Assembly (NCBI RefSeq): GCF_000143415.4
Contig: NW_003314275.1
Coordinates: forward strand, 2,337,419-2,401,418
Reading direction: 5' to 3'
From: Selaginella moellendorffii
Taxonomy: Eukaryota; Plantae; Lycopodiophyta
Length of the DNA stretch: 64,000 nt
Shown here one piece after another: positions 50,317-62,486 of this stretch. The notes below the pieces were generated by a model, which saw nothing but the letters and a program-made list of their open reading frames with translations, was not told where the DNA came from and did no database searches. The number at the start of each line of letters is the position of its first letter. The stretch's first letter is position 1. Both the position numbers and the translations under genes were made by a program.

Positions 50317-53142
50317 ATGGCCTCCGCAAGTGCGACACATGTTCCCTCTGTGGATCTTAAGAACCGTGCTACATGGATTCAGGCAAAGGTGTTTCTAAAC
50401 AACCCCGAGGGGGAGGTGGTAGCTGAGGGCTTAGCCACAGTTGTCGATCCAAGAGATGCGGTTGTTAATCAAGAATTGGGCTGGGATGATATTGGAGTTG
50501 CGATTTTAGAGGTTATTGACACAGAAGAAAACAGTCTGACTATTGGAAGCATTGTGCGGTGGAAATTGAGGCACTTAGTGTTTGAGAATGTGAAGGATTC
50601 ACAATCAAACACCACTACAACTGATGATAGAACATCTCTTCATGGGAAAAGAAAGTACACCTTCCTAAAGCGCAGCCAAAGGGATTTGAGCAACGAACCG
50701 AAAAGGCAAAAAATGGTGATGGAGGTTCGAATGGTCTCGACAGTTGCTTGTTGCAAGAGGAGGTGCTGTCAACATGCTGATTCGGATGCTATTGAAGAGG
50801 AGAGAGCAAGATACAAGACATTGTCCTGGAAGGCAGCTCGCAATTTTGTGTATGAGGCATTACGGTCATCTGTTGATGCTTCAGAACATCAGGTGGGGGG
50901 CATGGTCTTCCAGAGGGGTTTGGTCTACATGAAGGCATGGAGAATCATTTATGGAGTCCCTCGAACCACATTCTACAGAATCAAAACTGAGTTCGAGGAA
51001 CAAAGGGTTCAACAGGCAGTCCATGGGAACGACGGTACTCACAAAACCAGGGGTCATGTTGTATATGGAGAAGCAATCTTCAAGAGGTTTGTCAAGACAT
51101 GTAGCGAGCAGCAACCACATAAAACCCGCCTCTTGGAAGATGGAACTCGAGACACCCAACGAGTTCTCCCTTCCATGTATACCAAGGGGGCCATATTGGA
51201 AGATGTGAATCGGGAACTCCAGAGTAATGGCTACAGGAAGCTGAGCCAATCTAGATTTAGTAGATTGTGGAGCAACAGGTTCAGGGATGTGAGTATAGGA
51301 AAGTACTCCAGCTTTTCAAAGTGTGACGAGTGCACTGCTATCAAAATGGCTTTGTCGAAGAATTCTTGCATCGCTCAAGAGCGAGAGACGTTGGTTAGAA
51401 GGCGGCTCAACCACAACATCGAGCAGAGAAGCTGCAGGACTGCATATTATCATAACAGGATTCTCTCCATGGAGAGACCTGACTCTTACCTCTGCATCAT
51501 CCACGACAAAATGGACCAGAAAAAGACGTGCTTACCTCGACTCAATCCTGCCCCCAAGGCAATCTCTTCATCCATGCAGCTGCCTGTGTCTCTGTTTGGT
51601 ATAATCGCTCATGGGCATGGTGCCCAGAACTATGGGAACTTCTTTGTACCTCTATGGGGTGGCGGGGGTGCAAACATGATGATTGCGTCCCTAGCAAAAC
51701 ACTTAAGGTCTCTGCAAAGTGCGCAAACTGAGCTGAACGGCCAACCCTTGCATAAGGCCCTTGTCGATCGAACCCCATACAGGGTTCAGCTGGAGGAGGA
51801 GCAAAGGCTTGCAGTATCGTGTGGGGCCTCATGCCATCCCAGTGAATATGTTGGCCGTCAGATTGTAGGGTTATCACGTGAGGCCTCATGCCATTCCGAC
51901 GAGGCTGGTCGCCCGGTGAATGCACAGCCTCATCCAAAAGAAGCAGAATCTCAAGGAAGTTCTTACGGCCGATGTGGCCTTCCACCCCATCTTCTGCTCC
52001 AAACAGACAATGCTGGCAGTGAGAACAAAAACATGTACGTCTTCGCGTACTTGGCGATGCTTGTTGCCAAAGGCATATTTGAAATGGTTACACTTGGCTT
52101 TCTCATGGTTGGGCACACTCATGAAGACGTCGATGCCATGTTCAGTCACCTGGCAGAGTCCCTCCGGCGATCCAATGTCCTCACCCTCCCACAACTCTAC
52201 GATGAATTCCAAAATTGCATCAAAGGCACTGTTGAAGCTGCACTTCTGACAGAGGTTCCAGACTTTAAGGGGTTTGTAAGAGGCTACACCAGGGACGGAT
52301 CCGAAACGCTGATTGGCCACTCCAAGCCTCTTTAGTTTCATTTCAGCATGCGTGACGGTGCTCCAGTGATGAGGTACAAGATGAGAGAATGGGACACAGT
52401 GTGGCTGCCAGTGGACAGCATTGAACTCTTCAAGAGAGATCCCATAACTGGGGAACCTATGATTCCTCAGGGTTCCCCACGGCCGATGCACCCGGATGGA
52501 CTCAAAGACCAGGAAAGTATAGTGGCCGGGATTAGACAGCATATTGCCTTCTGGAAGAGGGGGTTGGTGTTTGGTGGAGAATCCTATTTTCAGAGGTGCA
52601 AGCCTTTGTTCGAATACTGGGAGAAGATTATATCTGCTATCCAAAATGGGCCGGTTGTATATGAAGAATTGGAAGAGTCCTTTTGGCCAGAACCCAGAGC
52701 ACCAGATAGTAGCAGAACAATGTCCTCTAGAAATGCAGTGACAGATAACGATGTTGAGGATCACTATTGTGGGCCGAGGAACAAGAAGCCGGATTTAGCA
52801 TTCAATCCAGTACAGGTCTGCAAAGGAATGGTCGTGCTTGTCAGACCCAGTAATAAAAAACAAATGATATGGGTGGGGCGCTGCATCACTGATGCAGAGG
52901 AGGACGCGGAAACTAACTCCTTCAATGTAACTGTGGAGTGGTTCAAGCCAAGTTCCGGATATACAAAGGATTGCCTAGAAAAGAGATGGGTGCTGAATCC
53001 AAGGGATCCCAACATGAGCATATCGGTGGATAATGTTGTGCATGGTTGGATGCGAAAGCAGAGTGCCACCATCACCTTGCTAGACCATGCAAGAGATGCA
53101 GCAATAGCATTCATAACCCGGGTTCAAGGTGAGATTCATTAA
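50317..53142 (+). CDS. Sola1-like DDD transposase with one in-frame TAG at 52333-52335 (probably inactivated)
   Basis: CCKRRCC and FSKCDEC cysteine motifs. Catalytic-like IIHDKMDQKKT..P, LQTDNAGSENKN and FLMVGHTHEDVDAMFS. ORFs 50317..52335 and 52348..53142 are in the same frame. Confidence 0.85.
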
Positions 53143-56100
53143 TATTCCTTTACTAAGTTTCTAATGTATTTTATTTCAAGGTAAACAATCCGAATCTGAA
53201 TCAGAGGAGGCGTGATGGCATGTGGCCTTACGCCATTCCTAGGTGAGATGATACAAATAACAAATATAAATTCTTAGTTGTTCTAGCAAATCTTACTTAA
53301 AGTTCAAGGTGAACAAGCCGAATATGAATTCATCGGATTGTTATAACAAATTGCGAGGTGATGGCATGAGGCGATACGCCATTTGAGAGTGGTAGCCATT
53401 CCTATATGAGGTGAGTGAAATATTTATTAGAAATACCTCATTCAATTGTGCACTTCTAAGTCTTGGTCCACTCAGTACTGTTTGCATGTTTCTATTTTAA
53501 TTCTTTCTCTAAAATGTTATTTAGCATGTGGCTTCATGCCATTGCTCTCCACAATCATGCATTGAATTTTTCTATCCTTGCATAATACTTCTCCATATAT
53601 ATAGCATGTGCGCACATGTGATATGGTTTATTAGGCTTGATATAGTGTGTAAGGTAAAACAAAGATGATGTGACATATGCATTTACCAATCACACGTGCA
53701 TAAATCTAATAATATGGTGTGTGGCCCATATTAATGGTACATAAACCCATATTGTGGGCTTACGTGCTTTATGTACCATCATTCCCTTGCAGCGTGTGTG
53801 TTGGTTTCCTTTTACAACACAATGAACTCCATATTTTAGGGTGAAGAGCGTTCTCATGGCAAGCACAAAATCTGTAAGTGAGGCAAAAAAGGAGACGGAG
53901 AAGGAGATAGGTGAAGATGTAGAATATATAAGTCTTCCAAACTCCCTATACTATACTCCAGGTGATCATTTTTCTGAACAAATGGCAACATTAACAACTA
54001 TCGAGAACGCCCTAGTAACGTCAGAGACAACAATCCAAAGCAAAACAACTGACCCGGAGAAGGATGATAGTACCGCTAAGAGTACCAAAAATGAGGTGTC
54101 CACTAGCGCTTAGGCTTATAAAGGCGTGTGCCCTCATGCCATTTACTTGATCACCAAATACCTTTTTCCCTTTGCACTAGTATATCTTAATACCGGTCTG
54201 AGAAATAGAATGGCATGTGCCCTCAGGCCTTTTACTAAATCACCTTTGAAAGAAATGCAAGCTTCTATGTCGTAAAAAAAAGGCACTAGAGAAATTCCTT
54301 AATAATATGAATGTTATTTAGTTTCATGAAAATACACTAAGGGTCAAATGAGTTAAATGACTTCTCCAGACTAGCAATGCCTCTTGCTACACCTTCACAA
54401 TTAGATTCGTTAGAAAAAGATAACATTAAATAATATCTAAATGTTCTCACCATTAAGTTATATGTCTGGCTAATAGGAATGACGTTCATCTTGGAAAGCT
54501 CACCACACGCTCAATGAACAAACAAATAGTGTGTGCGCGCATGCCATCGCTCTTCTTTAGCTTCAGATTCGGCTTGTTCACCTTGACAATGAGATTTATT
54601 ATACAACCAGATGGACTCAGTCTGGACACAAAGTCACCGCGCTAGTCACCATGCCCCAGATATGTCTAGCCCCTAGACAAAAAACATATAATTTCACGTC
54701 ATTTTCAAATACTTGAAAATTTGTACCTAGTCCCATTTTACTGAATAAATCCCACTTTAACGAAATAGAGCTTGTTTGCTTGTAATAGATGAATCTATTA
54801 CGTTCCGCATAGCCCGTTTTCTCTTCCGTTGGCAGCTCACCTCTCTGGTGAGCTTCCCGTGCCTCTAGATTCCTCAGCAACACTTCTTGTGCTAGACCGT
54901 CGCTTTCATATGCCATCCGCACATCATCCCAAAAGGTTGCTGTCGTGTTAGATATCCCTAACTTCAAGCTTGATTTTCAACTTAGCACATTCGCCACGAT
55001 GTTGCTCTTCCCAGGCTTGTACAAAATCTCGCAATCAAACTTGGCCAAAGCATTTGCCCACCAACCCTGTTTCCCTCTCAAGTCGGGCTGTAACAAAAAG
55101 TGTTTTGTCGCCACATTGTCTATGTAAATCTTGAAGTGTCTCCCAAGGTAGTGTCACCACTCCTTGAGTGCCTTGACCACCGCAAACAATTCCTTCTCGT
55201 GGGCAGGCCACTTCCGTTAAGCCTTGTCCAACTTCTTTGAAAAGAATGTTACTGGATGGTTGTCTTGCTTCAAAACTGCACCCAACACAAAGTCCAAAGC
55301 ATCTATTTCTACCTCAAAGTCCTTACTAAAGTCTAGTAACGCCAACATGGGAGCCTTCCTCAACTTCCCTTTGAGGTGGACAAATGCCACCTTGCATTCT
55401 GCTGTCCATACCATCTTCCCTTTTCCTGTTTGGTCCGTTAAGGGTAGGGCTACTTTCAAATAGTGTCTCATAAACTTTTGGTAGTAGTTGCATAACCCCA
55501 AGAATGCGCTTAACTCGTGTACATTCGATGGTCGCTCCCAATCCTGGATCGCTTGAACTTTCTCAGGGTCCACTTTGAGCCTGTCCTTGCCCACCACATG
55601 CCTGAGAAACTTTACCTCTTGTTGAGCAAAGTCACATTTGCTCTCTTTAGCATTTGCTCTCTTCCCTTAGTTTCTCAAACACCTTTGTCAAGTGTTCAGC
55701 ATGCTCCTTTAGCATTTCGCTATAGATCAGGATGTCATCAACATAGACGACCACAAAGTGATCCAGATAGGGTACAAAGATGTGGTTCATCAATGCCGAA
55801 AACGTTGCCAGCACATTGTATAGCCCAAAGGGCATCACCAAAAACTCAAAGCTCTCATACCTTGTTCGACAAGTTGTCTTCTCGACATCTTCCTATGCTA
55901 CTCTGATTTGGTAGTATCCTGACCTTAGGTCAATCCTCGAGAAGTATTTTGCCTTTCCCAACTTATCGAACAGGTCTTTAATCCTTGGCAAAGGGTACTT
56001 GTTCTTCTTTGTATAGTTGTTGAGCAACCGGTAGTCTATGCACATGCGCATAGATCCATTTTTCTTTTTCACAAATAACACCGGCGCCCTATATGACGAC

Positions 56101-56487
56101 TTGCTCAACTTAACATACCCTTTGTCCACCAACTCCTTTAGTTGGCACTTGAGCTCCTTGAGTTCCTTTTCGTTCAAACGATAGGGGGGACGAACCACTG
56201 CCTCAGCACCCTCGACCAGCTCAATCTTATGTTCTATTGGTCGTGTGGGGGGCAACCCCACCGGTAGCTCGTCCGGCATGGTATTCTAGAATTGGTCCAA
56301 CACCCGTTGGATCATTAAAGGTACTTCTTCCATTCCCATCTTTTTATCACTCTTCACCGAGAGTAAGCACAAAAATGTTGCTTTGGTTCCTTTAGTGAGT
56401 TGTCCTCTCGTAGACACCAGGTTTAGGCAGGAATCTTTGGCCTTGCATTGCCCTACCTTTAGATCCAGGGCCTCCACCCTGGATCTA

Positions 56488-59400
56488 AATGGCACAACAT
56501 TGACAATTTTTAACCTTAATAATCAATATTTATAAATTGAATTAAGTTTAGTTATAATTTATATTGCTTAACTTCCTTTTGTGTTTCCTTTTCATCATTT
56601 TCTTGTAATCAAACTCTATTGAGATTGATTTTTTATCATAAATGATGCAAGGGGATTGCCATTAGCAATAACCTTATCTCAATTATAGTTATTACATGGA
56701 TTTACAAGATCATGTTTTTTATATCAAAACTGATAAATAAGTATATATATTTTTAAAAAGGATGCAAACAAGAAGTATATTACAAAATTTAGAAAATATT
56801 GTTGTTCTTCATGTTACCATCATTTTATATTAAACTAAAAATTTAACTTATAATTTTTTAAAATAATATAAATCTAAAGTATTTTATTACTTTCATTTTG
56901 AATAAATATATTTAAAAATTTTAAATTTTCTTTTATCATCTACATATCAGAAATATTTCGAAATAAATATTTAGATAAATATGTAAAAGGTTGGATGCTT
57001 GACGGTAGATTAGCATCAATCCTACTCAACACCTGATACTTAAGCTCAAGATGGCAAAACTTAAAAAACAATTTACAGATAAGAGATGACTTTATCACTA
57101 TTTTATGCTTTAGTGAAATTTCCTGCAATCTTTGCAACTTAGGTTCAACTTAAATTTCAGCAGATTGACCTAGGTCATGGATTGCATGCCTCTCCTGGGG
57201 ACTCTTGCTCTTCATTACAAATGTAGTTCTTCAACCACAAAAAACCTGAGCGATTCTCCAGGTTTGTTGTAAAACCACCTGAATTCTATGTTCTCTTCCT
57301 TGGCAGTGCTGGAGTTATTCCACTGCATATCCAGCCGACACGAAGCTATCTCGACCTGGAGCACATCTCCATGGCGGTTCCCTTCATGACCTATGCACTA
57401 ACATCATCCAAAGAATGTCTACCCTCTTATAACACTCTCCCGTACGTTTCGTATTTGGCGACTGACTGGGGAAAGCACGTCCCACGTGCGCAGATACTAA
57501 GAGATTCAGTGTTGATGGAGTGCACTCTCAAGGGGCGAATGAGTCTCAATCCCAAGTGATTGGAGGTCCAAAGTCAAAGATTCTGAGGTAGCATCGATGT
57601 TCAAGCTCCGAGGCAATGGTATGAAAGAAAGACAATAAGCACAGAAAGGCATCACACAAATTTCCCCGTGTCTCATCCATCCTTGAAGCAGCCCGTCATA
57701 GGCAGTCGATTGACAAGCCGAAAGGACCAAGCGACTTGGCCAACTGTCGACGAGAACCAACCGCCATGAAACTTTCCAACGCCAGAGAGACCAAGCGCTT
57801 TGGCCATCCCCAGTGAAAGATTGTTAACGACAGGCCACAACTAGACGAACGAGACCACGGAACAAGAAAACATAGAAAGCAGTTCAAATGTAACAGTTAT
57901 GACAGAAAGCAAGGAAATGCAGATTAACATTCTCAGCGATTTGAGACAAAGAATGCACCTCAGAACTGTGACGATCGGAAACCTCAAGAGACAGGGGAGA
58001 GAGAAGCATTACGTACCACAGGATCGTGCCCCTCAACAAGCTGTCTCCGCATCGCGAATGGGACAGAACTTATCCCAGGAGACAGTGTCCTGCTCCCGAA
58101 TCAGGTTCGGGCCTGTGAGTAACAAAATAGTTCTCGCAAAGACACTCACAGCATTAAAAGAATAGAAACGAAACGTGAACTGTACCAGTCAAAAGAAATA
58201 CCGTTTGAGATGAACTCCATTGATTGGCTTCAGTGGTTTCCTGCCCCTCAACTCTGCTAGCCAATACGAATTAGTGCCAGCACGAGAAAGTACCTGATAA
58301 GGACCAATCCAAGAAGGCTGGAACTTGGCAAAGTGATGCACAGCCGTATCAAGTCGCCACACAGGACGAATTTACGAATATAAGACTTAAACTGCCGCAG
58401 CGGTTCTGGTGGTTGTTGTCCAATGAGATCAAGCTCGTCCTTGCTCTCCAGAACTTCAAACCTCGTCACAAAAAGTTTGGTCAGTGAGTCGAGAAGTCAA
58501 GAAAGAAAGACCTAACACTTTCCTTTCATCAATGTGTCCAGGGATGATAGCCACTGTGTGCGCATCCAAATCTCTCAAATTCTGCCCAAGCACTGCTGTC
58601 CCAGCCATCGTTTTGGGTTTTCTCAGTCCAGGACATCACACCCTCCCCCCAGGGACATCCTGGATGCATGCGAAGCAGAATTTCCTCTCTTCCTACCAAG
58701 AAGGACACGACCCCAAATCACGAACGATCCCCACATCATAACCCATACCTCCCAACCTTGAGCTCGTTCCCGGCGGTAGCAGAAAAGCGACCAGGTGATG
58801 CGCCAAATGCCTCATTTCTTGAAAATGGGGTACAAAAGGAATGCCTACCCTAAACTCTTTCTCTCTCTAGTCCAGATCACCCCGTACACTCCTTCGTACG
58901 TTCTAGAAAGCCAACCAGTCCATAGTTGTGGGAACACTGCGGTTTAGCTGGTACCTCCGTTTGCTGATGGTAGCAACTGCCATTTCCTACGCTGTTCTTG
59001 GGAGAAAAGCTCGATACACTATTAGTACCACTCAATGGAATGAACACGATGATAGCTGATCAATCCAAGGAAACTCTGCATCAACATCAGTTCGAATTAT
59101 AGTTAGCAAAGAGATAGCGGATTATGTCAAGAGACTCTGCCATTTGTATGCCGGTGTTGGGATCAACCAGATATGGAACCTGTTCTTGACAATGATAATG
59201 AAGGGAAAAATAGATCAAAAGGTTACCTGTGTTGAACCCGAAATTTGCTTGAGCTTGGAGCAATTAAGTGACCCTTTGCCCGTGTTCCAGAGGATGTAAG
59301 GAAGTTCCAGCTCGCACAGGGCTTCTCTTACGAGCCTTGCAAACTACCAAAAAACTTTTAGAATTCTTTGAAAACACAGCGCTTTACCTGGTTGTTCTCG

Positions 59401-60165
59401 TATGAGTAGAGCTCAAGGAGATTCTGTGGAGGATCTGGCAATGCTCCATTCCACAGTGACATGCCTCGCCCTGCTCGTATTATCGTCGGAACCCAGCCAG
59501 TGACTAAAGGTGCTGGAACACACTATGATGAAATACCGAAGAGTTTACACTTCAGTAAAACTTGTTACCTTTCTAAAATCCCGAATGTTGGCCTTCTTCT
59601 CTCACCATATTCCTGGAACAAGTAGTTGACAATATCGGCTGCCAGAGGCATTCATGCAAGCTGATTGTGATGAAAAGAAAAATTACTCACAGCTCTCGTA
59701 CATTGACACGCCGGTGTTTGGATCCAAGAGAAATGGAAACCTGTCATATTCGATGAGAATCTGTTGCAGACAAGAGTGTATCACTTACTGCTCTTTGCCT
59801 CCAGACGCTTTCACAAACGCACGATGGACTCGAGATCCTTTTGGGCACAGATACAACTACACAAAGATTGAAAAAGTTTCCATCTGCAACTTCCACGAGA
59901 CACTACCTCGGCAGAAAGATCGAGCTCTGTCAATGCTTCTCTCACTCGTCTACAGAAGGGACAGGCCTCTATATACAAAAAAGAAAAATCAACAAACTGC
60001 AATACGAGAGTTTAAGCTTACCGAATTCATAGAGCTTGAAGAGCTCAAGTTGAAGGTACGATCTGTGTTTTGACGTTCTCTCCCAAGGCGGCCTTGCCAA
60101 GCTTCCAATTCCCCAAGACAGAAGATGTTTGATGGCAGAAAAAAAAGATAATTACATACCCATAT
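56488..60165 (-). pseudogene. Duplicate 3 (inverted) of the GST-N locus and downstream region (copy of ~9277-13115)
   Basis: Reverse-complement near-identity to copy 1. It shares the 5' deletions of copy 2. Confidence 0.93.
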
Positions 60166-60169
60166 ACCT

Positions 60170-62135
60170 GTTTTTGATAGTAGCAGAGACACTGGGCTCT
60201 TTCCTTGCACATGGAGGGGATATAAAAGGCCTGGTGCTGCCCTCTGAACAACTACAACTCCTGGGAACTCAAGTCATGACACAAGAGGTGTAGGATGGGG
60301 CATTTGCAGATGATACTGCACTTTTCCTGCTCGCCACCCCAGGGAACCTGGACGCAGCAAGGTCCAAGCTCGAGAACTTCAACATGGCAGCGGGAGTAGT
60401 TATAAACTGGAACAAGTCAGTAGGAGTGAACTGGGGAAAGCTAGGCATCGAGGCTTGGGGACAAGAGATAAGATATCACTGGCGAAGACACTTGGTACCT
60501 CGGCATCTAGGTTGGGGTCTAGTACAGTGTGGCCACACAGGACGATACGCTGCTCAGGAGGATCTGGACTGCAGTTCAAAAATGGACACTGAGGAAACTC
60601 AGGCTCCTAGCTTGGATCATAGTAGTCAAGGGCATGATCCTCCCTAGCATCTGGTACCACCTTTTGATTTGGCCGGTGCTGGAAACTACATTGCAGAAGG
60701 TGTGACAGATGGTGTGAACCTACATATGGCGTGGAGCATTAGTTACAAGGCGAACCATGGCCAAGGTGGCATGGCAGTCTACAGCGAGGCCGTGCATCCT
60801 AGGAGGGCTCAGGATCATTGACCCCAGCGACATGGCGAAGGTGTTGAGGTACAAGATTTTTCTTATAGGACTACAACAGGGGAGACAGCCATAGCGACTC
60901 ATGCTCTGGCAGAGCCTCCTAGTGATACACCCCAAACATAATGCAGCCAAACCCTGGGAGGAGGACCCACAGTGGCTCTTCGTAAAAGGACCGACTCAAG
61001 TAGTGAAAAGGGGCAACTTCATCCAGAGCCTTCACCGATTGTGGAAAGCCTTTCTGCTGGAGCAAGTACTACCGACTAGGGCTGAGGAGTGGCTTAACCA
61101 GTCTCTGTTTTTCAATGCACTGTTCAAAGTGGGAGGTGTGACACTGGGACGAGAGACTCACCACACAATCTGGAGAAAAATGCATGCAAACGGCTTTTGG
61201 ACTATGAAACAACTGGCGGGAGTGATCGACAGGGATTGGTGGTGAACAGCAAGAAGGACTCAAGTTTTTGGACCTTGGAAGCAACGCAACATCCTGCTGG
61301 ACGTTCTACGACTCCTCCGGGTGGTGAACGACACGAAAGCAAGGACGAAGTGGCTGAGAAGATGCCTTAAAGCAGGGGACTTTGTGGCGATTCAACAGCA
61401 AACAGAGTGGGAGGAGCACGATGCAGTGCGACATCCGCTGGGGAAGTGGACTCGATCATTCACTACACCTACACCAGCATGGGAAGAAGGGGATGTCGAG
61501 GTGTGGTTCGTCACTGCACTAGAGCACAACATAGGATGGCCTTTTTGCGTCGCAAGAGGAGATATGCTCCTCCCAACGGGTGAGAGACAAATGATGCCGA
61601 ACGTCACGGACGATGAGGTATGTGGGAGGATTCGTGTGCTTAGGCAGTCACACAAGAGGCTGGACGTGGTGGAATCGGAAGACCTACTAGAGGGCGATGG
61701 ACCATTGATATGGTGGCAACAACAGCTGCTTGAAGATCTAGACTAGGACCCTGCCACATGGTGACGAGGGATGGGAAGCTTTTTCTCCTATGCAGTCAAG
61801 GAAGTGCGGAATGGACTACTGACATCGTGGGAGGAGGCAAGAGAGGAGATTCCAAAGCTATGGCAAAAGTGAATAGCACAGGGGGTTGACACGGAGCAAG
61901 TGGTGGACAACACGATTCACTTCTAGAAGCTGCCCGTGTAGGAAAAAGTGAAAGTCACCTCCTGGTTAGTAGCGAACAACGGTCTCCCGGTTGGACAGCA
62001 ATTCCAAGATGACGCGAGTCGCACGTGCAGGGAGTGTGGTGAAATTGAGATAGTCAAGCATGTGCTGTGGGAGTGTGACACTACAAAGGAGGTGTGGCGC
62101 CAGATCATTAAGGTAGGGAAAGAGTTGGGCATTAT
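60170..62135 (+). mobile_element. Decayed non-LTR retrotransposon (L1/Tx1-like) RT C-terminus and zf-RVT
   Basis: AFADDTALFL...INWNKS (RT catalytic FADD), GGLRIIDP and the zinc knuckle CRECGEIEIVKHVLWEC. Many stops. Confidence 0.85.
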
Positions 62136-62486
62136 TGTAGTGCACGTGGTTTTGACCCTTTATTCTATGGTGATTTACCATAGGATAACACCATGAAGTG
62201 GAACCTAAACCCTTTATGTGCCACGTGTCATATGCCACATGTCCATGCCACGTGTCCATAGGAACCCGAGGTTCAAGGCCTTGGGCCACTGAGGGAAAGA
62301 ACGATGCCAAACTCCCAAGCATGGAGCCAAAAAGTGATGGAACTGAACCACAGAGCAACTCCCGAGCATAAAGCCCAAGGAGTGAAAGGGATAGGAGCTC
62401 GGAGCGACTTAGAACAGTCCTAGAGTAACCAGCATCCCAATGCTAGGACCAGCACGCAAAATGGAGCCAAACGGAGCCAAACGGAG

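Larger units (their letters stand above)
40484..54773 (+). mobile_element. 14,290-bp TIR DNA transposon, Sola-like, carrying a cargo gene
   Basis: Perfect 24-bp TIRs AAGCTCTATTTCGTTAAAGTGGGA (40484-40507 / 54750-54773). 4-bp TSD GTTT (40480-40483 / 54774-54777). Precise interruption of the Gypsy pol frame. Internal DDD transposase. Confidence 0.93.
38651..56490 (-). mobile_element. Second Ty3/Gypsy chromovirus pol, 5'-truncated (no gag or 5' LTR), split by the 14.3-kb DNA transposon
   Basis: RT (55650-56280; [20 protein letters not shown]), RNase H (55100-55600), integrase (39930-40480; FTMDFIMGLP..VVVDRFSK) and chromodomain EYEVEAILNARK..FHVKWKGF..ATWEPEENL (39100-39270). The frame FIYYKQT|RVYDPEG is restored when 40484-54773 and one GTTT are removed. 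Confidence 0.92.

Noticed and set aside
52333-52335. Programmed stop-codon readthrough (also at 41526 and 3395)
   Set aside because: A single-base change such as CAG>TAG in a C>T-prone region is the simpler explanation, and no readthrough context is evident.
40870-54547. Palindromic repeats as a CRISPR array or bacterial REP elements
   Set aside because: The context is eukaryotic, spacing is irregular (60 bp to >1 kb), and there are no uniform spacers and no cas or RAYT gene.
62215-62260. GCCAC(G/A)TGTC repeats in LTR-X as further copies of the transposon palindrome
   Set aside because: They are G-box/ABRE-like direct repeats without the 8-6-8 inverted geometry.
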